A stretch of 64,000 nucleotides of DNA, from positions 169,632,001 through 169,696,000 of the forward strand of contig NC_042997.1 in NCBI RefSeq assembly GCF_006345805.1, given 5' to 3'. How positions within the stretch are numbered: position 1 is the first letter of the stretch; each line of letters begins with the position of its first letter. Positions 52,946-64,000 of the stretch are shown here, in pieces. The translations under genes and the position numbers were made by a program. The notes under the pieces were generated by a model, which was not told where the DNA came from, ran no database searches, and was given only the letters and a program-made list of their open reading frames with translations. This DNA comes from Octopus sinensis (Eukaryota).

Positions 52946-54442
52946 TTTTCTTTACCTGTAGCCTAGTCAATTATCTGTCAGCAGATAGTCTTTGGTAGTG
53001 ACCACAAAGGACAGGTAAAGTAGATTCTGTCAAAATGTGATAGTAGTTCTCTAGCTTATTGGTTGTATGGAACAAGCTTTCTTTCTTTTTGTTTGTGTAT
53101 ATGTGTGCAGCATTGAATAAGAGATGGTTAATTCTGGTTGATAAGGTGTGTTGGCTTCATCATTGGTCAGTGTTTTGCTTATTTTTCGGCTGTCTTAGTA
53201 GAAAAGTAACTATTGATAAATTCTAAATAAAAAAGATTCTTTAATTTAGGAAATCACTATTATTAATTTCAACGTCTGATATGTGGCACACCATGCACCT
53301 GTACAGGGAATGTCAATTTGATGGAGAGAGTAAGTTTATGTACAGCACAAACATTTGATCACCATAAACAAATCATCTTTGCAGGTTGTTTAGTAAGAAG
53401 TTGTGGGATTGTCTTTCTCAGATTCAAAAAATCCACTATTAAATTAAATTAAATAGAGGACACCTAGTGGTAAATCTAAGCAAAGTTTGTGTTAAGAAAA
53501 CTAAATTATGTTTCAAATTTTAGCCTTACTGAAAGAAAGATAAAAGTTTTAAACTGTAGATACAATTCATCTTTTGTCTGTTGCCAACAAAAAGTTTCAT
53601 AGACTTACCAGTTTATGATTAATAAATTAAGATAATAAAGTGATTGCTGTATTGTTGTAGCCTCTATCTTAGAATATAGATAATCATTATTTACTAGAAT
53701 AATAGTGCAGCTAATTAACTGCTGTGTCATTTGTCTTGAATCATTTTATAGTTGTTTAATTATTTATTTTTGGGAATTTTTTCCATATTGTTGCTGCATC
53801 TAGGTTGCCTGATGAGGAAAAAGACAAATCTATTTTATGAAATATTGAATTCTCAAGCAAGATTCATATTCACTCTTTTTAATGAAACTCAATAAAACTG
53901 AGTTTCAGTTAGCAATATTAGATTTCAATAGTTACTTCTGACACTTGGCACATGAATACTTGGTACATTAGATTTTATGTGAATTATCGTTTTTTGTAAA
54001 ATTTTTGTAATTTTATACTCGACATATAAAATTTCTATCTTGTTTAGTATTGTTTTCTTGGTAGAAGATCCAGATAAGGAGAGTAAAATTTTTAATTTTT
54101 CAAATTGATTGACTTGTTATAAAATTGTCTATCCTATGTCAATCAGTATGAAAACTAAGTGCAAAAGCATTTACTGCTTGAAGATAAAGCTAATTTAACT
54201 AAAACATAATCCACACACAAAACTCTGTTTGGTTGAGGATTTTCATTTGCTTACTGAAAGATGCATTAAGTTTTACTGTCATTTCTGCCAAGTGCTTTTT
54301 TTTTATATCTTAAGTAAGATTTATTTCTGTAATCTTAAGTTTTTGTGCTTGAAAACTAAACTTGGATCATTTGTAACTGACTTGTTACTATAAGATTAAA
54401 GGTTCAAAATATTTTTTAACCTGCAAATCTGATTTATTACCA

Positions 54443-54487
<45 letters not shown>

Positions 54488-54507
54488 GTTGAAAGTTAAA
54501 ATCAGAT

Positions 54508-54792
54508 GTGTGTGTGTGTGTCTGATTTTTAACTTTTGTCAAATTTGGTGGTGGTGAGGTAAAACTAAGATATATAAAATTCTGATAAATTAGCTTTCTA
54601 TCAATAAGAATTATTCAGTTGCTTTTTTTTTTTTTTGTCATACTAGCTAATGTGTGTGTGTATCTGATTTTTAACTTTTGTCAAATTTGGTGGTGGTGAG
54701 GTAAAACTAAGATATATAAAATTCTGATAAATTAGCTTTCTATCAATAAGAATTATTCAGTTGCCTTTTTTTTTTTTTGTCATACTAGCTAA
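54508..54792. repeat. Near-perfect ~143-bp tandem duplication
   Basis: The unit from (TG)n to catactagctaa occurs twice. Confidence 0.9.
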
Positions 54793-56442
54793 TATTGAAG
54801 TAATATCTTGTTTGTATAGCTAGTTATTCAATTATATGTTGTTGACAACTAATGACAAAGGCTAACACACAAGCCTTTTCTTATTATTCTATCATTGCTT
54901 GCTACTTGATAGCTGCAGCAGTAGCGTTAGCTTATGCAGTAGCCTCATGACAATTTTCTACAGCCCTAGTAGTAGGAGTGATAATAGCAGCAGCAATAAC
55001 TACAATTGATGGAGTGTTATTAGTGGTTTATGATAGAAGACTAATAAAAGTCATTATCACAATAAAACTTTTAGATAATCATCTATTGTATTCAGAAGCA
55101 TGCTACATTGATGTTCAAAATAAATAAAATAATTTTTCATTCAATGATAAGGCATGATGCAGTTCATTTAGGTCGGCTCCTGTTTTTCCCCTCTTTTGTA
55201 TTCCACGCTGAAGCTTCATTCATTTACATTTTTCTTTCTATTCCACTTCATAATAACAGTCTCTTCTACCGTAAATGTGTATATATTCTTTTATATGTCA
55301 GTTGTCACTGCAATTTTTAAATATTCAAATGCTATATATATTTAGATTTATTTTACACCTTAGAAAATCTTATTAAACGCGATTATGTTATCTCACTTAA
55401 GTATGAATGATTGATTGCTAATGCTTGCTTCGCTTTTCTGGTGACTTCCCAGCATTCCGTGTTATTGGCTCATTAGTAAACAGATGCAAAGAATACATTG
55501 AGGATAGCAGTTCTCCTACTGATAGGGAATGTAGTTTTATTTTCATTTCTGTTCTTTACATCAGGAATAACACATCTAACATGGATTTGTGAAAAAGGTT
55601 AGAAATATCAACTTTTACTGAAAGCTCTAATCATGGACTTATTACTTACTGAACATTCTCCATCATCTGTCAATAACAAACATTATTGTTGTTTTCTCCA
55701 TCCTTCTTTTTTGATGCAGTATTTTGGATGTCCACCATACTTTCTCTCTCATTCCACTCTGTACTTCAGTGCTCACTTGCAGCAAATTCTTTGATTTAGA
55801 AGCAACACTCTATAATGAAATTTGAAAGCCTAGGGTACAACTGAATTCTATCTAAAATTATAAATTATTATTTCTAAAAACAAAACATTCCAGAATATAA
55901 ATATTTAGATTATTTTCTTATTTTGTCGCTAATATTCCACAACATTTAACATTATCAACTTTTGATTTAAAAAAAAATATATATGTTATTTTCAAGACAA
56001 TTTCTTTGAAGAGGAAAATTTATTCACTTACTACTTCAGCACATCTTTTATTATATATAAACACAAAGCATCAATTAAAAATAAAATGACATACTGTCAG
56101 ATTCTGTAAGTGTAAGCTTCATGTCTTTATTCTCACTACACCTCTTCATAGAAAAACAGATTGATTTTTATTTGTCAAAGAATTATAACATCCTTCCTTC
56201 CTGAAAAATCTGGCATTGACCCACATGCTAAATGTCACTTGGGTTTAGGATGTCACAAGGATTATACTTTGAAATTCATATCATTTATTCTGCTCTAGTC
56301 AGGCAGTTAAGCCTGATTCCTTAAGCTGTGTTCACAGTGATAATTACACCAATTCAGGTAAAGCTATCCTTTTGTTCTCTGCTGATTCTGCTATTATATT
56401 CTTTGGTGGTGACTGTTGATTATTTAAAAAGAAGCGTGGTTG

Positions 56443-56490
<48 letters not shown>

Positions 56491-57878
56491 GTGTGTGTGT
56501 GTGTGTGAATTTGTAGCATTATATTATTCATATATAACAACAGATGTGTATTTTTCTGCCACTAATTTTCACAGGTTTTAAAGTTTTTAATGAAATGAAG
56601 AAATTAAAACAGTTGGGCATTTCTAATCTATAAAAATAATTTATTGGACTAAAGTGTAATTTCCCTTCTGTTGTTAAATTTCAAAGAAAATAAAGTTTCT
56701 TTTCATTCATAACTAGCAGTTCATGACAATTTAAATTATTCCTTTTATTAGTCATTATGTCAAGTTATTTTATTTATTTAGTTTCATAAGCCCCTTGCAA
56801 AATATTTGCCTGATTTTATATTTATTACATTTTTCTGCTGTACAGTTCTATTGCGAATTAGACTATGATGCATGTCATAATGTACACATGCATTTTGACA
56901 CAACAGTCTTCTTCGAAATTTGTTGCCCATGTAGTCAAGTAGTATTTCCTTCAGATAAGTTAGCATATTAGATTTTTTTAACGTTATTTATGATAAAACT
57001 TTAACCCATCTTCTATTCATTTTTTTATGATATTAATTTCCTTTATTAGATTTTCGCTTGAAAATCCTTTGGACATTTGATCAGGAATGACATTATCAGG
57101 AATTGATCTTAGAATAGTGTTATGATTTTGCACATCACTACATTAATTGTTACCCGACCTAACTGAAATCTTCACACACGTTGTATTCTTTGGTTAGTCT
57201 GGCTTCTTAACAAGAATCTTGCAAATGTTACAAAGCTTATTTATGCATGTTTAAATTATCTACAAGACAACCGTTTCATCATTTGATGCTCGATTTTTAT
57301 CAAAATGTATAATAATTATTTACAAAAAGATATCTTTTAGATAATCTTAATTTGCAAAAACTTACAGAATCATATTTTTACATGAATTAGTTTCTTGTAA
57401 AATAATTGGTAAATTATATAGTTTGGTTAGAAATTCAAACACTCAGAAAATGAAGTTTGGTTAGATCTATAGATTTAGATACTTTTTGTTACATACAGAC
57501 AAAAATCACTGCTGCTTATATTAACTTTGATACACTTTTTATTTGAATGTAAGAATGCATACAAATGTTACAATAAACTATTTTATTTCCACTCTAGTTA
57601 GCTTCTGAATTCTATATAACATCAACTCACATTTATAAGTAATATAGATCTATAGTATGGTTTTATGCAGGTGTTTGACTGCAGACAAATGATCCTCATT
57701 TGTGGATGTGAAAACCAGAGCTAATCCACTGCAGATTGCAAGTATCCATCTGGATACCTACATTAACCTATAGTATGTATTTAATTATACAATTATGTAC
57801 AACACACACACACATTTATTTGTATAACAGCCTCTCTCTCTTTGTATGTGTGTGTGTGTGAGTGCATATATATATACA

Positions 57879-57909
<31 letters not shown>

Positions 57910-58202
57910 TTCTCTGGTTATACAAAATTACTGAAGTGAGTGTGTTTCTGTTTATAACATCATATAGGTAGGTAGGTAGGTAGGTAGGTAGGTAGGTAAA
58001 TAGATAGGTAGATATAAACACACTCATGCATATACATACATGATTTATGTGTGTGTATGTTCTAATAGGCCCGTGTGTATACATATATACAAACAGGTAT
58101 AAGTATGAGTGGGTGTTATTGTGCACATGTGTATGTATTTATATATATGTATATACATACACCATATATGATATATGTATGTGCATGAACTGATAGATAT
58201 GT

Positions 58203-58266
<64 letters not shown>

Positions 58267-58554
58267 CAAATAAGAAAATGGAGAGGATATAAAATCGACA
58301 AACATCAGCCAGTAAACATTCCATTATATCTGTTTATCTATTTATCAATCAATTAATAAATAGAATCAGTGGAATGTTTACTGGCTGGTGTTTGTCAATT
58401 TTATATCCTATCCGTTTTCTTATTTGCCTTATAAATTGTGGGTAAATTTCCCATTTACCCCCACCCATACCTAGTATTGAATTGCAATATTGCCATGCAC
58501 TAGTAAGCATTTGGTTAATAATACATAGGTACACATCCTGTTGGATATTGGATA

Positions 58555-58593
<39 letters not shown>

Positions 58594-58855
58594 GGCACCT
58601 GTGTTGGTGGCACATAAAAAACACCATCCGAGCGTGGCCGTTCGCCAGCCTCGTCTGGCACCTGTGTCGGTGGCACATAAAATCACCCACTACACTCTCG
58701 GAGTGGTTAGCATTAGGAAGGGCATCCAGCTGTAGAAACACTGCCAGATCTGACTGGCCTGGTGTAGCCTTCGGGCTCCCCAGACCCCAGTTGAACCGTC
58801 CAACCCATGCTAGCATGGAAAGCGGACGTTAAACGATGATGATGATGATGATGAT
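58594..58855 (+). mobile_element. Young RTE 3' tail
   Basis: Closely matches 31900-32118 and ends in (GAT)n. Confidence 0.85.
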
Positions 58856-59941
58856 ATATAAACATACATACAAACATACACAAGTGGATGTTGGTGTGCA
58901 CGTGTGTATGTATATAAATTCACATGTGCACACAAGTGTGTATTTGTGTATGTGTACTAAAAAAGTTTTTTTCCCAACTTCTATAATCAAGTTTTTAATT
59001 ATTTAAAAAATGATCACCAGTAAGAGCAATAATCTCTTAATGAACATTATTCTGTTAATTAGCTGCATTAAGCTATTCACACATACAATACAAAGTATAA
59101 CACAAACACACACATCTACTTGCATGTATATATCATCTTTGTTCAATGTCCTCTTTTCCATGAATGCATAAATAAAATGGTAAATGTTGAAGCTGATTTT
59201 CTACAGCTGGTTACCTTTCCTATTACCAGTCTGTGCCTGTTTCCAAGCAAGGTAATATTTCTTAGTGGATGGACATGTTTTATACATATGAGGGTGACAT
59301 TTGCTTTCAACTGTTGCATTGAATGTGTGTGTGGTGTGTGTGTGTGAAGAGGTTGGTATTAGGAAGGGCATCCTGCTGTAGAAACCATGCCAAAACTGAC
59401 AATGAAACCTGGTATGGCTCCTGGCCTTGCCAGCTCTTGTCAAACCATCCAACTCATAACAGCATGGAAAGCATATATTAATTGATGATGATTATACACA
59501 CGCACACCTTACACATGATGGGCTTCTTTTAATCTTCATTGCCAAAATCCATTCATAAAGCTTTGGTCAGCACAGAGCTCTTGTAGAAGACACTAGCACA
59601 TGGTGGCACGCAGTGTGAATCAAGCTGAATCTTGTGGCTAGGAAGCAAACATTGTACGTGTGTGAAAGCGAGCATACAGATATGCTTATGTGTTTATAAT
59701 TATATTTGTAGCTAAGTTTGTTTTATAAACCAACAAAACTTTAAGATACATATCAACTAATATATATTTATGTTTATCTGTACATAAGTGAATTCATATA
59801 TGTGTACATATGTACACACACAAGTGTATGTGTGTATGTGTGTGTGACATACTGAAGTCTGGTGCTTGTCTTCTTGCTTGCTATATAAGTTCCTGTCAAA
59901 CCATCCAACTCATGCCAGCATGGAAAGCAGGCATTAGATGA

Positions 59942-59993
<52 letters not shown>

Positions 59994-60014
59994 CTGTGTG
60001 CGTATGTATAAACA

Positions 60015-60330
60015 TAATGTGGTTCTGGGCTATCTCACTGTGTGGCACCCTAGACAAGTGTTTTCTAGTATAGTCTTGTGAGTGGATTTGGTTGACAGAA
60101 ACTACAAGATGCCCATCATATGTGTGTTTGTGTCTGTCCCCCACTACCTCTTGACAACCGGATTAACTTAGTTTATGCCCCCATAACTTAGCAGCTCATG
60201 AAAAGAGACAAATAGAATAAGTACAAGGCTCTAAAAAAAGTTACTACTGGGGTTTTCTTCCAACTTTGATCCTTGAACACTGTATCTCCAGCATGGTTGT
60301 AGTCCAAAGACTGAGTTAAGTAGAAATATA
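60015..60330 (+). mobile_element. Decayed CORE-type SINE
   Basis: ggcaccctagacaagtg core and decayed tail. Confidence 0.55.
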
Positions 60331-60488
60331 AAAGAATATATACGTGCACTCACACACACACATTATGCGTTGTAAGCTACATATATATATATATATATAT
60401 TATATATAGTGCAAACGCTGATATGGAACTGAATATTTTGAGCAGAGTGGACATATCTGTACTCTGTGTGTGTGTATATCTATCTATC

Positions 60489-60489
<1 letters not shown>

Positions 60490-60547
<58 letters not shown>

Positions 60548-60661
60548 TAAAAATATGTATATGTATGTACAACTATATATGTATGTTAATCATATATATA
60601 TATATATATATATATATAGGTAAAAATATGTATATGTATGTACAACTATATATGTATGTTA

Positions 60662-60697
<36 letters not shown>

Positions 60698-60850
60698 TAA
60701 AAGTATGTATATTATATCTATGTATATGTGTATTAATCATATATATAGATATATAGGTAAAAGTATGTATATGTGTATCAATCATATATATAGATATATA
60801 GGTAAAAGTATGTATATTACATCTATGTATTTGTATGTCTGTTAATCATA
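60490..60850. repeat. Compound minisatellite, (AT)n-aggtaaaa(a/g)tatgtat...aatc, about 5 units
   Basis: aggtaaaa recurs near 60545, 60618, 60695, 60755 and 60799. Confidence 0.85.
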
Positions 60851-60999
60851 TGCATATATTTATTTATTCATACATTTTTTCACCATATTGTTATTCCTAG
60901 GCTACATCTTCCTCTAGGTGATACTTTCAGTATATTTTTTCAAATATATTTCTCTCAAGTTTTCACTAACCATAGTGCTACAATGTAATAGTAGTAGTA

Positions 61000-61032
<33 letters not shown>

Positions 61033-62063
61033 TAAATTGCAGTGTTCTTTCTATCATTTGTGTCTACTATTTTTTCCCCTACTTTTTCATAAAATATTTC
61101 ACATTTGAGTCCAGATAAATCTTTCTCAGATGTTTAACATAGATTATCCTCTACATTTTCTTGTTTCTCTTTGTCACATGTTTGATTTCCTATGGAAATG
61201 GCCCTTTTGTTAGGTCTTTCTCAGAGTTTTCTATTTCTTGTTGCTTACAACACAGCTGTAGAAGTCTTCAGAAATCAAATGTTTGTCTTGTTTCAATTAC
61301 CAACCTCATTCTAAATCATGAAACTGCCTATAAACATAAACATACTTATACATTTGTCTTTAATTATGTCCAGTTTCCATTGAATTACTTACTAATTAAC
61401 TATTTAAAAGCACAAAATCAAGTTTACGCAACTGAATTTAACACTTCAGTTATAATTTCAAGTTTTATTTTTCTTCAATTACCCTCTCCATATGTTCTTA
61501 ATATTTTTGTTGTTGGCCTTATATAGAAATAGAGACCAATGTCTTAAGCTGTCACTGTATTGCCAAAATGAAGAATAAGGAAAAGAAGTTATTTCCCAGT
61601 GCGTCCCTAATCATAACATTCTAACCAAAACCACCAATATTGTATTTACTTTATTATTTGATAAACTGCAAACCTGTTACCCATTTTAATACTCAACATT
61701 TATGACCTCTGTTATTTTCAACATCTGGTCAGCAAGCCTTTCTTCTCAGCATTTTATTTTCATAGCTTAAGTGCCATCACTCATGGCTTTAGATCAGTTG
61801 ACAATGGTAAATAATACAATAGGTTTGTTTTAATCACTAATTATTTTGAAAATAATGTTTTGAACGACAACCTGCTTAGATCTCTAAATTAGAATACAAA
61901 ATATTTAACATGGAGACATGAGTGCTTGTCTTCTCTGTAAACAGTTATATTTTGTTATTTGTGAACCTACTTCATATTGTCATATTGAACATTTGTTAAA
62001 ACAACAGTTGATCATTTAGATTTTTACTTTCTTTACCAAATATGATTTCATTGTTTTATTATT

Positions 62064-62285
62064 AAGAGTGGAGGACTGGCAGAATTGTTAGTGTGTCAGA
62101 AAAAATACCATTCAGTATTTATTCTAGCTCTTCACATTCAGAGCTCAAACCTGCCAAGGTCATCCTTGCCTCTCATTCTTCCAGGCTCAGTAAATGCATC
62201 TATTGAGTCTTGGGATCAGTGTTATCAACTAACCTCTTTCCCTTATATTACTAGCCTTGAATCTAAATTAGAAACAATTGCTAGT
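62064..62285 (+). mobile_element. Decayed Nin/Deu-domain-like SINE
   Basis: ctggcagaattgttag head and caaggtcatccttgcctctcattc domain. Confidence 0.5.
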
Positions 62286-63563
62286 TCAGTATTATACTAA
62301 TAATGGCTTTTTGAAAGAATTCTTATACATTGTTTTACTTGTGATATGAATAAACAAATCATTCATTTAATCTTCCATCCAGCCTATAAATGTTAAAGCA
62401 ATCTAATGAATATTCTAATCATGCCTGTTATTTTCTTTAATTAATTCTGTCAACTCAATAAAGACTCTTATTTTTTTTTATATTTTGCTCTGCATTTGTT
62501 AAATAATGATCCTTAATTATGTTTCTAATAATTTAAACAAAAGTCTTAATTGTAATAGGTTAATTACAGGGCAGTGAAATCTCTAACTTTAAATTATATT
62601 TGGTATCAAATGTGTTAGTGTTTTCTCTTCTTTGGATTATACTAGCAATCCAAGAGAAGATTTTGCATCTTCCTTAAAAATTATACCCAAATCTGTGTCA
62701 TGAAGATATGTACTTTTAGATAAATAATTCATCTTAATGAATGAAAATGATAACAAATTATGTAGGAGATGGATGAAATCACTTAAATTCATGTACAGTA
62801 CCTGTGGTATTTAACTGGACACAGAAGGATAAAATGCAGTTGATCCTGACAGCATTTGATTTTGGAAAATGAGGATGTATGAATAAATACAACTGTATTT
62901 TCTCAAATACAAGGTGATTTCAATACAACATCAGTAATATATTTTAATCTTTTTTTTTTTGCTTTTATTTTTGAATATATTGCTGTCCCTCAGTTTTGGC
63001 CCTGCTGTTTTGCATTAAATTTCTTGTGTTATACATAAATAAATATGGCATATGATATTTAGTTCATGGTTCTACAAATTGTTATTCCACTACTGTGGAA
63101 TACTGAGGAAGGGTATTATAGTGAGCTGAATCAATTTCAGTAAATAACTAATATTTATATTTTGTCATCCTTAAGGGTTGAAATGTAATAATAGTTAATA
63201 ATAGATAATTTTTTTTTTTATTGTTTACATTTTTTAATTGTTATTAAAGGTTGGAACTTTGGACTCATTTGTTTCACATTCCTAGTCTGACAATAATGTT
63301 ACTTATTCTCCCTCTAGACTTTCATTTTACTGTCTCAAAGTAAAACCAGCTTCCATGCCCCTATTTACTCATTGGAATATGAAAATTATTCAAGTATTGA
63401 CTGTCTCAATCTTCAAAGACTAAGAAATAGCAGCAATTAAAAACAGAGCTATATTATAAACTATAGATAAGCACATACACACACACACACACATATACAT
63501 ATATATATATATAATGTCTCATTTATAACTACATATTGACCTACCATAAATGGCTAATATGAG

Positions 63564-63606
63564 TTGAATGAGACATGCTTATCTACATGGCCGAAACAGC
63601 TGTAAG
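63564..63606 (+). ncRNA. Degenerate hammerhead-like motif
   Basis: ttgaatga-gacatg-cttatcta-catggcc-GAAACAGCTGTA. Stem III is the palindrome ACAGCTGT followed by GUA; the 5' core is corrupted. Confidence 0.35.
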
Positions 63607-63842
63607 ATATAGTCTATATTTATATTTATGTGTACTTATATTTATGTTCTATTATACGTATTCTACTTATTGTATAACATAACTATTTTATGTACACTCC
63701 TTCATGTACACTGTTTTACCCTGCATGATTATGTTTAACCTTATAGTTTCTTATGTAGTGGTTTAATAAAGTATGTGATTGAGTATTATCTGGTAATTGA
63801 TATTTGATTTCGATGTATTTCTCCATTTTCTTATTTTGTATA

Positions 63843-63873
<31 letters not shown>

Positions 63874-64000
63874 TCTCTTATACATATTGTACTTATTGTA
63901 TCATATTACTCCTTTATGTACACTGTTTTGTCCTATATTATTATGTTTGACCTTAAAGTTTCTTATGTTGTGGTTTAATAAAGTATGTGATTGGGTATTA

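Noticed and set aside
55559-55600. Candidate micro-exons with AG/GT ends (also near 56330-56370 and 57671-57750)
   Set aside because: No recognisable peptide and not ASCC3-like; such splice-like pairs are expected by chance.
56780-57260. Possible decayed transposase (minus strand) or EGF-like FYCELDYDAC (plus strand)
   Set aside because: Frames are short and contain stops. Neither the DDE motifs nor the EGF cysteine spacing is met, so I cannot support either without an HMM search.

Overview
AT-rich, microsatellite-rich animal DNA. The repeat content (RTE tails ending in (GAT)n, CORE-, Nin- and Meta-like tRNA SINEs, long (TA)n runs) looks to me like an octopus or other coleoid cephalopod genome; this is an inference, not a database match. 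The only host gene I can support is three spliced + strand exons (4453-4598, 6654-6774, 8558-8700) encoding part of the second Ski2-like helicase cassette of ASCC3. I could not find the next expected exon (GIGxHHAGL), so the remaining ~55 kb reads as one large intron filled with mobile DNA. That DNA includes a 5'-truncated but uninterrupted Penelope-like element (PLE) ORF with RT plus GIY-YIG, RTE LINE fragments, two decayed mariners, many SINEs, and piggyBac-like and hAT-like MITEs. I see no new multi-gene system. The most unusual object is a ~99% identical 438-bp-arm palindrome (29190-30084). Each arm carries an intact-looking minimal hammerhead ribozyme with the U3-A8 core covariation and a palindromic stem III. 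Several short non-coding hammerhead-bearing elements lie elsewhere in the window, two of them flanking the intact PLE.
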